Assembly: GCA_963968645.1 (NCBI GenBank)
Contig: CAXAHI010000002.1
Span: 1 to 51,125 of the forward strand
Direction of reading: 5' to 3'
DNA from: an uncultured Gammaproteobacteria bacterium
GTDB taxonomy: Bacteria; Pseudomonadota; Gammaproteobacteria; Pseudomonadales; UBA7434
DNA length: 51,125 nt
Part shown: piece by piece, positions 9,066 to 17,057 of the stretch
How the letters are laid out: each line of letters opens with the position of its first letter
Position numbering within the stretch: the stretch's first letter is position 1
Notes under the pieces: generated by a model
Seen by the model: the letters and a program-made list of their open reading frames with translations, nothing else
The model's database searches: none
What the model was told of the DNA's origin: nothing
Position numbers and translations under genes: made by a program

Positions 9066-10829
9066 ATGAATAATCAAGCAGAGATGCTAGATATTGAAGA
9101 AAACACTCGATCGATTGGCGACTATATAAATGTTATTCGTAGACGCAAGCGTGTGCTAGCAATTACTGCGGGTACAGTGATGGCTATTATTATTCTGGCA
9201 GCATTTTTATGGCCGAAAACATATCGTTCACAGGCTATTATTCTTATTGAGCAGCAAGATATTCCCACTGATCTGGTGCAGACAACTATAACGAGTTACG
9301 CGCAGCAACGTATTGAAGAAATTAAGCAGCGCATTATGACGATTGGTAACATTATCGGAATTGTTGAGGAGTTTGAGCTTTATACCGAGCGTGAACTCGA
9401 AAGAAAAACCCGTACTGAAATTGCGCTAGAGTTTCGTAAAGCGGTATCTATTAGGCCTATTAGCGCTGAAGTAGTTGACCCTCGCAGTGGTCGTCCTACC
9501 CAAGCAATCATTGCATTTAGCTTGTCTTTTGATGGTGATAATCCATCGAAAGTACAAAAGGTGACAAATGAAATTACTACTTTGTATCTTGAGGAGAACC
9601 TTAAAGAGCGAACAGAGCAAACGAAAAGCACATCAGATTTTTTAAGTTCTGAAGCAGATTCGTTGTCAAAAAAGTTAGAAGATCTTGATGGAAAGGTTGC
9701 ATTATTTAAAGAGCAACATGAAGGCGCAATGCCTGCGCAAAATCAGTTTAATTTAAATGTTGTCGACCGAACTGATTTACAGATAAGCAGTTTAGATTTT
9801 CAATTAAATCAGCTCGAAAAAAGAAAAATGGAGCTTGTAGGTCAGTTATCTCGAATAAATCCAACAGCACCTATAACTTTGTCGAATGGGCAAATGGTGT
9901 TAGGTGAGGCTGATAGGTTAAGTGCATTGCAATCTCAAGTTCGACAATATGAGTCGGTCTACCATGCCGATCATCCTACGTTAATTAGATTACGTCGCGA
10001 GATTGCTTCATTACTTGATGTTGCTAGTGCCGATAATCAATTCGATGATGTGGTTGAGCAGTTAAAGCAAGAGCGTGATCAGCTTAGTGAGCTTAAAGGG
10101 AGATATACATCAGATCATCCGCAAGTAATAGCGTCCCAAAGAGTGATTGAAGCTTTAGAGGATAAGTTGGCGCAAGGTGTTGAGTCTAATGCCGAGATGA
10201 AGCCAGATAATCCTGCGTACTTAGTATTACAGATGCGACTTAATGCTACCAATGAGGATATTCGTGCTAACACTGAAAAATTAAAGAATTTAAGATCAAA
10301 GATTGAGCGCCATGAAGGTTATCTATCAAGGTCTCCGCAAATTGAAAAAGAATATCAAAAGTTATTAAGAGATTATCAAAACACTTATGCAAAGTATCAA
10401 GAGATTCGTGCTAAAAAAATGTCAGCAGATTTAGCGCTGAATTTAGAATCTGAGCGAAAAGGTGAGCGCTTTACACTTATCCAGCCACCTGAATTACCTA
10501 TCGATCCAGTGAGTCCAAATAGAACGGCAATGGTGTTTCTTGCGGTTATTCTAGGCCTTGGTGCTGGTTTAGGTGCGGCTATCTTGCGTGAAGCGATGGA
10601 TAGTTCAATTTTTGGCGCTTCAGAAGTTACGTCGTTAACGGGAGAAGCACCCATGGCCATTATAGGCTATATGGAAACAAAAGAAGAAGAGTCTAAGCAT
10701 CATCTTAAGCGGCTTTATATTGTCTTAGCTTTAGTGTTAGCTGGAATATTGGCGCTAACGTTATTCCACTTTTTCGTAAAACCACTCGATGTGACTTGGT
10801 ATATCTTGCTTAGAAGGCTTGGCATTTAG
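9066..10829 (+). CDS. Polysaccharide chain-length determinant (PCP/Wzz-like, PEP-CTERM-locus subfamily)
   Basis: 587 aa. N-terminal TM (AITAGTVMAIIILAAFLW) and a long coiled-coil periplasmic region. Pro-rich PELPIDPVSP motif directly before the second TM (PCP signature), plus an extra C-terminal TM. Confidence 0.8.
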   Translation: MNNQAEMLDIEENTRSIGDYINVIRRRKRVLAITAGTVMAIIILAAFLWPKTYRSQAIILIEQQDIPTDLVQTTITSYAQQRIEEIKQRIMTIGNIIGIVEEFELYTERELERKTRTEIALEFRKAVSIRPISAEVVDPRSGRPTQAIIAFSLSFDGDNPSKVQKVTNEITTLYLEENLKERTEQTKSTSDFLSSEADSLSKKLEDLDGKVALFKEQHEGAMPAQNQFNLNVVDRTDLQISSLDFQLNQLEKRKMELVGQLSRINPTAPITLSNGQMVLGEADRLSALQSQVRQYESVYHADHPTLIRLRREIASLLDVASADNQFDDVVEQLKQERDQLSELKGRYTSDHPQVIASQRVIEALEDKLAQGVESNAEMKPDNPAYLVLQMRLNATNEDIRANTEKLKNLRSKIERHEGYLSRSPQIEKEYQKLLRDYQNTYAKYQEIRAKKMSADLALNLESERKGERFTLIQPPELPIDPVSPNRTAMVFLAVILGLGAGLGAAILREAMDSSIFGASEVTSLTGEAPMAIIGYMETKEEESKHHLKRLYIVLALVLAGILALTLFHFFVKPLDVTWYILLRRLGI

Positions 10830-10884
10830 AGCGTCACTCGTTTTTAATAAATTAAAACTAAGATTCTATTAGGGCAGACCTACA

Positions 10885-11781
10885 ATGGAAAGAATACAAG
10901 AAGCGATAGAAAAGGCTAGACGCGAGCGCCAAGGTAATATTGGTTCAACGTCTTCGTCTGACTCTGAAGCCAAGACTTCAGAGTTGTCGCCTGAAATAAA
11001 TAACGAGAGTTCGGCTGGCGAAACCGCGAGTACAAGCGCAATAGTAAGCAAGCCTGCCGAACAAAATGCAATACCAGAAAATACCGGTTCCGTTCGTGTT
11101 AAGTATTCTCAGACGCGCACAGTAAAGCTGGATGATGATGAATTAAAAGACCGCCGTATAGTTGCTGGTTTTGCTCATGACCCTCGCTCTGAACCTTATC
11201 GACAACTCCGTGGACAAATCTTAAATAAGTTTCGCAAAAACAATTGGCAGACTTTAGCTATCACCAGTCCTAACAGCGGTGGCGGTAGAACGCTTACTGC
11301 CATGAATCTTGCGATTAGCCTATCATTAGAGGTGAATCAAACCGTTTTGTTAGTCGACTTAGATTTACGTCAACCGGGTGTGGCAAACTGTATTGGTGTG
11401 GATGATATTGAATACGGTATCGTTGATTATGTTAATGGAACTCAAAGCTTAGAAAATATATTAATCCATCCTGGGTTTGAGCGCTTAGTGTTATTGCCAG
11501 GAACGCCTCAAGGTGCTTTTACTTCAGAAATTCTTAGCTCTCCCGAAATGAAAGCAGTTAAAGATGAACTGGTTGCACGTTATCCAGGGCGATTAATTAT
11601 TTTTGATCTGCCTGCTGTATTGAGTCACGATGATGCGCTGGTTTTTGCTCCAGGTTGTGATGCGACATTAATGGTTATTGAAGAAGGCGGCACCAAGAAA
11701 AAAGAAATCGAGCGAGCTTATCAGTTACTTGAAGGCTGCAATATTATTGGTTCGGTACTTAATAAAGTTAAGTATCTATAA
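10885..11781 (+). CDS. BY-kinase-like P-loop ATPase (EPS/PEP-CTERM-locus tyrosine autokinase family) with a variant Walker A
   Basis: 298 aa. Walker A' VLLVDLDLRQP and Walker B LIIFDLPAV are intact. Walker A reads SPNSGGGRT, with Arg where the canonical Lys sits. The N-terminal ~100 aa are Ser/Thr/Glu-rich. The C-terminus NKVKYL has only one Tyr. Confidence 0.7.
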   Translation: MERIQEAIEKARRERQGNIGSTSSSDSEAKTSELSPEINNESSAGETASTSAIVSKPAEQNAIPENTGSVRVKYSQTRTVKLDDDELKDRRIVAGFAHDPRSEPYRQLRGQILNKFRKNNWQTLAITSPNSGGGRTLTAMNLAISLSLEVNQTVLLVDLDLRQPGVANCIGVDDIEYGIVDYVNGTQSLENILIHPGFERLVLLPGTPQGAFTSEILSSPEMKAVKDELVARYPGRLIIFDLPAVLSHDDALVFAPGCDATLMVIEEGGTKKKEIERAYQLLEGCNIIGSVLNKVKYL

Positions 11782-11796
11782 GCGGCTCAGAATATT

Positions 11797-12771
11797 ATGT
11801 ATCGCCAACACTTTGGATTAAAAGTAAAGCCTTTCAGTTTAATTCCTGATCCTAGTTTTCTGCATTTTTCAGATAAGCATAAAGTTGCCTACAGCTTATT
11901 GGAATACGGTCTGCATGAGCAGAGCGGTTTAACCGTTATTACGGGCGAAGTCGGTAGCGGAAAAACAACGCTTATTCGACATCTGTTAAGTGAGATTGAT
12001 CAAAGCGAATTAGCGATTGGGTTAATTAATAATACGCATGCATCATTGGGTGATTTAACCCAATGGGTAGCATTAGCGTTTGGCATTGCCCATGAAGATA
12101 AAGACAAAGTCACGTTGTTTCGTGATGTACAAGACTATCTTATTAATGAATGGGCGAATGGTAAGCGCGCAGTATTAATCGTTGATGAAGCGCAGAACAT
12201 GGATAAAGAGACGTTAGAGGAATTACGTCTCTATACCAATATCAATGCTGATGGAGAGCAATTTTTACAAATCGTTTTAGTCGGTCAGCCAGAGTTACGT
12301 GATATTTTACGAGCGCCAGAACTGGCTCAGATGGCGCAGCGTGTTTCTGTTGAATACCATATCGAACCGCTTGGCTGGCAAGATACGGCAAATTATATTC
12401 GACATCGTTTAGCTACCGCCAGTAATGAAGAAAGTGTTGAGTCTGCCTCGCATATATTTGATTCAGTGGCGATAGCCGTTATATTTTATTTTAGTGGTGG
12501 CGTGCCTCGTTTGATTAATACGCTATGTGACTTTGCGTTAGTCCATGCTTATGCAATGGGTCTACAGACCATTAATCATTCGATAGCATTAGAAGTTGTT
12601 CGTGGTAGAACGATTGGTGGCGTCAATCGATTCACCAACAATGAAGAGCAGCTAACATTAGTTCGCGAGCGAGTCTTGGGTGCCGTAGGTCTTGATTTGG
12701 CATCAGCGCTTGAGGATTACAAACCGAGTTCGCCTAAAGGCGCAGAACTGACAGATGATACCGTTCTGTAA
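11797..12771 (+). CDS. ExeA/GspA-like AAA ATPase (putative secretion ATPase of PEP-CTERM loci)
   Basis: 324 aa. Family-typical N-terminus YRQHFGLKVKPF...PDPSFLHFSDKH, Walker A GEVGSGKTT, Walker B LIVDEAQN. No TM segment or peptidoglycan-binding domain. Confidence 0.8.
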   Translation: MYRQHFGLKVKPFSLIPDPSFLHFSDKHKVAYSLLEYGLHEQSGLTVITGEVGSGKTTLIRHLLSEIDQSELAIGLINNTHASLGDLTQWVALAFGIAHEDKDKVTLFRDVQDYLINEWANGKRAVLIVDEAQNMDKETLEELRLYTNINADGEQFLQIVLVGQPELRDILRAPELAQMAQRVSVEYHIEPLGWQDTANYIRHRLATASNEESVESASHIFDSVAIAVIFYFSGGVPRLINTLCDFALVHAYAMGLQTINHSIALEVVRGRTIGGVNRFTNNEEQLTLVRERVLGAVGLDLASALEDYKPSSPKGAELTDDTVL

Positions 12772-12801
12772 CGGCGATTAAATGATGAGAGAACTGAAGC
12801 T

Positions 12802-14103
12802 ATGAAAGTTGTAATGATTGGTGCTGGATACGTTGGCCTTGTTTCGGGCGCCTGTTTTGCTGAGTTTGGTGCTAGCGTTACTTGTGTGGATGTTGTGCAA
12901 GAAAAAATCGATGCGCTTAAAGCCGGCGTTATGCCTATTTATGAGCCAGGACTTGATCAGCTGGTAAAAAAGAATGTAGATGCTGGTCGTTTAAATTTTA
13001 CAACGGCATTAGCTGAAGAAGTGCCTAGTGCCGATATTATTTTTATTGCTGTTGGTACACCAACACGTCGTGGTGATGGCCATGCTGATTTAAAGTATGT
13101 CTATGAAGCGGCTAAACAAATTGGTCAGCACCTTAATGGCTATACCGTTATCGTGAATAAATCGACAGTACCGGTGGGCACGGCCAGTCAGGTTTCTCGA
13201 TTAATTGCAGAGGCTAATCCTGATGCTGATTTTTCAGTCGCCTCTAATCCAGAATTTTTACGTGAAGGTGCTGCAATAGGCGATTTTATGCGCCCTGATC
13301 GTGTTGTATTAGGCATTGAAGATGCGCGTGCTGAAAAGGTATTAAGAGAATTATATCGACCGATCAATCTAATAGAAGCGCCTATCTTAGTCACTAACTG
13401 GGAAAGTGCCGAGTTAACTAAGTATGCAGCGAATGCTTTTTTAGCAACAAAAATAAGCTTTATCAATGAAATATCCAATCTTTGTGAAGCGGTAGGTGCC
13501 GATGTTCATGATGTTGCTAAAGGTATGGGCCTTGATGCGCGTATAGGTAAAAAGTTTCTGCACCCAGGGCCGGGTTATGGCGGATCTTGTTTTCCTAAAG
13601 ACACTTTGGCGTTAATTCGTATTGCACAAGAAAATGATGTGCCATCGCGCATTGTTGAAAGTGTTGTTGAAGTTAACGCTGCGCAAAAAGCCAGAATGGT
13701 GAAAAAAATTCGCACTGCATTAGGTGATCTCTCTGGAAAAACCATCGCCGTTTTAGGGTTAACCTTTAAGCCTGAAACCGATGATATGCGTGATTCGCCT
13801 TCGCTATCAATAATCCCTCCTTTATTAGATAAGGGCGCGATAATCAAAGCGCATGATCCTAAAGGTTTGAAAGAAGCGAAACATGAACTTCCTGATACCG
13901 TGCAATATGTTGACGATATCAATGATGCAATAACGGGCGCCGACGCTTTAGTTATCATGACTGAGTGGAATGAATATCGAAGTTTAAATCTTATTGAACT
14001 AAAAGAGAAAATGCGTGGCAAGGCGTTTATTGATTTACGTAATGTCTATGAGCGAGATGCTGTCGAAGCGGCTGGATTTGATTATGCCGCAGTGGGGCGT
14101 TAA
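12802..14103 (+). CDS. ugd: UDP-glucose 6-dehydrogenase
   Basis: 433 aa. Rossmann MKVVMIGAGYVGLVSGACFAEFG and catalytic-Cys block GYGGSCFPKD. Confidence 0.9.
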   Translation: MKVVMIGAGYVGLVSGACFAEFGASVTCVDVVQEKIDALKAGVMPIYEPGLDQLVKKNVDAGRLNFTTALAEEVPSADIIFIAVGTPTRRGDGHADLKYVYEAAKQIGQHLNGYTVIVNKSTVPVGTASQVSRLIAEANPDADFSVASNPEFLREGAAIGDFMRPDRVVLGIEDARAEKVLRELYRPINLIEAPILVTNWESAELTKYAANAFLATKISFINEISNLCEAVGADVHDVAKGMGLDARIGKKFLHPGPGYGGSCFPKDTLALIRIAQENDVPSRIVESVVEVNAAQKARMVKKIRTALGDLSGKTIAVLGLTFKPETDDMRDSPSLSIIPPLLDKGAIIKAHDPKGLKEAKHELPDTVQYVDDINDAITGADALVIMTEWNEYRSLNLIELKEKMRGKAFIDLRNVYERDAVEAAGFDYAAVGR

Positions 14104-14109
14104 ACCGTA

Positions 14110-15117
14110 ATGAATATTTTAGTGACAGGTGCCGCTGGTTTTATTGGCTCTGCTTTAACGCTTCGGTTAATGGAAGATGGCCATAACGTTGTTGGCATCG
14201 ATAATTTTAATGATTATTACGATGTAAGCTTAAAACGTGCCCGAGTTGCCCGTGCATTAGCTTTAGATAATTTCACTTTGTATGAGATTGATGTTGCTGA
14301 CAAGGACGCTGTTACAAAAGTATTTAAGAATGAGTCAATAGACCGGGTTATGCATTTAGCTGCGCAAGCTGGCGTTCGTTATTCATTAGATAATCCATCG
14401 GCTTATATTGATGCCAATATGCATGGATTTTTAAATATTTTAGAGGCTTGTCGTGATTATCCCGTTGAGCATTTAGTCTATGCCTCTACAAGCTCTGTTT
14501 ATGGCGCTAATCAGACCATGCCTTTTTCAGAGCATGTAGGCACAAATCATCCCGTCAGTCTTTATGCGGCTACTAAAAAAGCCAATGAGTTAATGGCGCA
14601 TGCTTATGCCCATTTATTTCAAGTGCCAGTAACAGGGTTACGCTTTTTCACGGTATACGGCCCATGGGGACGACCTGATATGGCGCTCTTTAAATTCACC
14701 CAGAAAATATTGGCGGGTGAGCCTATTGATGTTTATGGTTATGGTGAGCAGTCGCGAGACTTTACTTATATTGATGATATTGTCGAAGGTATTGTTAGAA
14801 CTTTAGCGAACCCTGCGCAACCTTCTGAAAACTGGGATGCAAAGCAGCCTGATCCATCACTTGCTGGTGCGCCTTATCGAATATATAACATTGGCAGTAA
14901 TAGTCCGCAGCCATTGATGCGCTATATTGAAGTGTTAGAAGATTGCTTAGGTGTAGAAGCCCAAAAAAATATGCTGCCAATGCAGCCAGGTGATGTGAAA
15001 GATACCTATGCTGATGTGAGCAATTTAATTGCTGATGTTGGTTATAAACCTGATACCTCTATTGACGTTGGTGTAAAAAAGTTTGTTGAGTGGTATCGGA
15101 ATTATTTTAAAATTTAA
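14110..15117 (+). CDS. NAD-dependent epimerase, most likely UDP-glucuronate 4-epimerase
   Basis: 335 aa. GAAGFIGS, catalytic YAATKKANE (YxxxK), and the YYDVSLKRARV block typical of Cap1J/LpsL-type UDP-GlcA 4-epimerases. Directly follows ugd. Confidence 0.75.
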   Translation: MNILVTGAAGFIGSALTLRLMEDGHNVVGIDNFNDYYDVSLKRARVARALALDNFTLYEIDVADKDAVTKVFKNESIDRVMHLAAQAGVRYSLDNPSAYIDANMHGFLNILEACRDYPVEHLVYASTSSVYGANQTMPFSEHVGTNHPVSLYAATKKANELMAHAYAHLFQVPVTGLRFFTVYGPWGRPDMALFKFTQKILAGEPIDVYGYGEQSRDFTYIDDIVEGIVRTLANPAQPSENWDAKQPDPSLAGAPYRIYNIGSNSPQPLMRYIEVLEDCLGVEAQKNMLPMQPGDVKDTYADVSNLIADVGYKPDTSIDVGVKKFVEWYRNYFKI

Positions 15118-15135
15118 TCCTATTTGAGATAGCTA

Positions 15136-16371
15136 ATGAAAAGTGTCAGTGAGTATCAAACAATTTGTGTAATGGGTTTAGGCTATATTGGTTTGCCTAC
15201 AGCTTCTCTGTTGGCAACTAAAGGTTTTTCGGTAACCGGTGTTGATGTCTCTCAAAAAGTAATCGATACCATTAACAAAGGCGAGATTCATATTGTCGAG
15301 CCTGATTTAGATATATTGGTTAAGTCTGCTGTTCACTCGGGTAACTTAACGGCAAGTTTAGAGCCTGTAGAAGCTGACGTATTTATTATAGCCGTACCAA
15401 CTCCGTTTAAAGATGGTGGGCCAGATCATATTTCAGGAAAAAAACCAGATCTTTCTTACATAGAGGCGGCCACTAAAAAAATATCTCCTTATATAAAACC
15501 GGGGAATTTGGTGATCTTGGAATCAACAAGCCCAGTAGGAACAACCGATGAGGTGGTTGCAGCCATACTCAAAGAAGATGGTCATGCGGTGGGTGAGGAC
15601 GTTCATGTAGCACATTGTCCCGAGCGTGTATTGCCTGGACGTATTCTTATTGAGTTGGTTGAAAATGATCGCGTTGTTGGCGGAATCAACGAGAATTCTA
15701 CTGCAATCACTGTCGAGTTCTATGAACGGTTTGTTCGTGGCGCTGTATTGGCAACTACAGCAAAAACGGCCGAAATGGTTAAGCTAACAGAAAACTCATC
15801 GCGTGATGTGCAAATTGCATTTGCGAATGAGTTATCAATGATTTGTGAAACCGAGACGATTGACACTTGGGAGGTTATTGAGCTGGCCAATCGACATCCG
15901 CGAGTAAATATTTTGCAACCTGGTCCTGGTGTGGGTGGTCATTGTATTGCTGTTGATCCATGGTTTATTGTCGATAGATCGCCCGAGTGTTCAAACTTAA
16001 TTAGAACGGCACGCGAAGTAAATGATGCTAAGCCTGATTGGGTGATAGAGCGTGTAAAAAAATGTGCAGATAAATTTAAAAGCCCAACCATAGCTTGTTT
16101 AGGGTTGGCATTTAAGGCGGATGTTGATGACTTACGTGAGTCGCCAGCTTTTGATATTGTTAAGCGATTAAAAAGCGAAAATATTGGTGAGTTAATAATT
16201 TGTGAGCCAAACTTAAAGTCACATGATGATTTTGAGTTATGTGCATTGGACAGTGCAATTAAACGAGCTGATATTGTGTTGCTACTGGTTGATCATAAAT
16301 CCTTTAAAAAGTGTAAGGCATCTGATTTAGGTGAGAAGGTTGTGATTGATACACGAGGAGTGGTTAAGTAA
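15136..16371 (+). CDS. wecC: UDP-N-acetyl-D-mannosamine dehydrogenase
   Basis: 411 aa. VMGLGYIGLPTASLLA Rossmann motif, the VGGHCIAVDP catalytic-Cys block, and a WecC/Cap5O-like overall pattern. wecB is present later in the same locus. Confidence 0.85.
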   Translation: MKSVSEYQTICVMGLGYIGLPTASLLATKGFSVTGVDVSQKVIDTINKGEIHIVEPDLDILVKSAVHSGNLTASLEPVEADVFIIAVPTPFKDGGPDHISGKKPDLSYIEAATKKISPYIKPGNLVILESTSPVGTTDEVVAAILKEDGHAVGEDVHVAHCPERVLPGRILIELVENDRVVGGINENSTAITVEFYERFVRGAVLATTAKTAEMVKLTENSSRDVQIAFANELSMICETETIDTWEVIELANRHPRVNILQPGPGVGGHCIAVDPWFIVDRSPECSNLIRTAREVNDAKPDWVIERVKKCADKFKSPTIACLGLAFKADVDDLRESPAFDIVKRLKSENIGELIICEPNLKSHDDFELCALDSAIKRADIVLLLVDHKSFKKCKASDLGEKVVIDTRGVVK

Positions 16372-17055
16372 ATGCCAAAATCGCTTATGGTTAGGGGTGA
16401 TCATCTTGACGGTAAAAATAAAGCTGTGGATGACTGTTTTTTTGTAGGTGTTTGTGGCGGGTCAGCTTCGGGAAAATCTCATTTAAGTCGAAAAATCTCT
16501 GATTTTTATCATGATAGTGCCACTATTATTAGTCAAGATGACTACTATCATGATAATAGCCACCTTACTAAATATGAGCGTGAGATTAAAAATTATGATC
16601 ATCCTGATGCAATTGATTTAGGCCTGCTCTATAAAAACCTTTCAGGACTAAAGTCTGGTGTCTCTGTAGAGGCGCCGCGTTATTCTTTTGAGTCGCATGG
16701 GCGAATGGCTTCTGGTCAAACGGTTGTTCCTAATAAAATTATTATTGTTGAGGGTTTATTTGTTTTTCAGAATCCAGAGCTGAGACAGTTATTGGACCTT
16801 AAGGTTTTTCTCACGGTTGATCACGATATCCGCTTGATTAGAAGAATTAGGCGTGATGTAGATGAGCGTGGGCGATCATTGAAATCTGTGCTTGACCAAT
16901 ATGTGGCAACGACTAAGCCGATGCATGATGAATTTATTGAGCCCGCTAGTCAGTATGCAGATCAACTTATTTCTTGTCTTGATAGTAAAGATATGGATTC
17001 GGCAGTTACTACGATTAGTCAGCGTATTAGCGACTTAACTACTGAAGTGAATTAA
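16372..17055 (+). CDS. udk: Uridine/cytidine kinase
   Basis: 227 aa. Collinear with E. coli Udk as I recall it: P-loop GGSASGKS, QDDYYHD, NYDHPDAID, IIIVEGLF, RRIRRDVDERGRS, FIEPASQYAD. The ATG immediately follows the wecC stop codon (gtt aag taa atg). Confidence 0.85.
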   Translation: MPKSLMVRGDHLDGKNKAVDDCFFVGVCGGSASGKSHLSRKISDFYHDSATIISQDDYYHDNSHLTKYEREIKNYDHPDAIDLGLLYKNLSGLKSGVSVEAPRYSFESHGRMASGQTVVPNKIIIVEGLFVFQNPELRQLLDLKVFLTVDHDIRLIRRIRRDVDERGRSLKSVLDQYVATTKPMHDEFIEPASQYADQLISCLDSKDMDSAVTTISQRISDLTTEVN

Positions 17056-17057
17056 TC

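Noticed and set aside
10481-10590. PELPIDPVSP followed by a TM helix and basic residues, read as a PEP-CTERM sorting signal.
   Set aside because: It lies inside the chain-length determinant, about 80 residues from the C-terminus. It matches the conserved proline-rich motif that precedes TM2 of PCP/Wzz proteins.
13575-14021. A 148-aa ORF antisense to ugd, plus the many other 60-100-aa minus-strand or off-frame ORFs in the track (for example 3004-3279, 5229-5495, 9380-9631, 10397-10660, 41348-41602, 47705-47995).
   Set aside because: All lie wholly inside well-supported coding regions with strong family motifs. Their products are low-complexity with no recognisable motifs or ribosome-binding sites. 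They are shadow ORFs.
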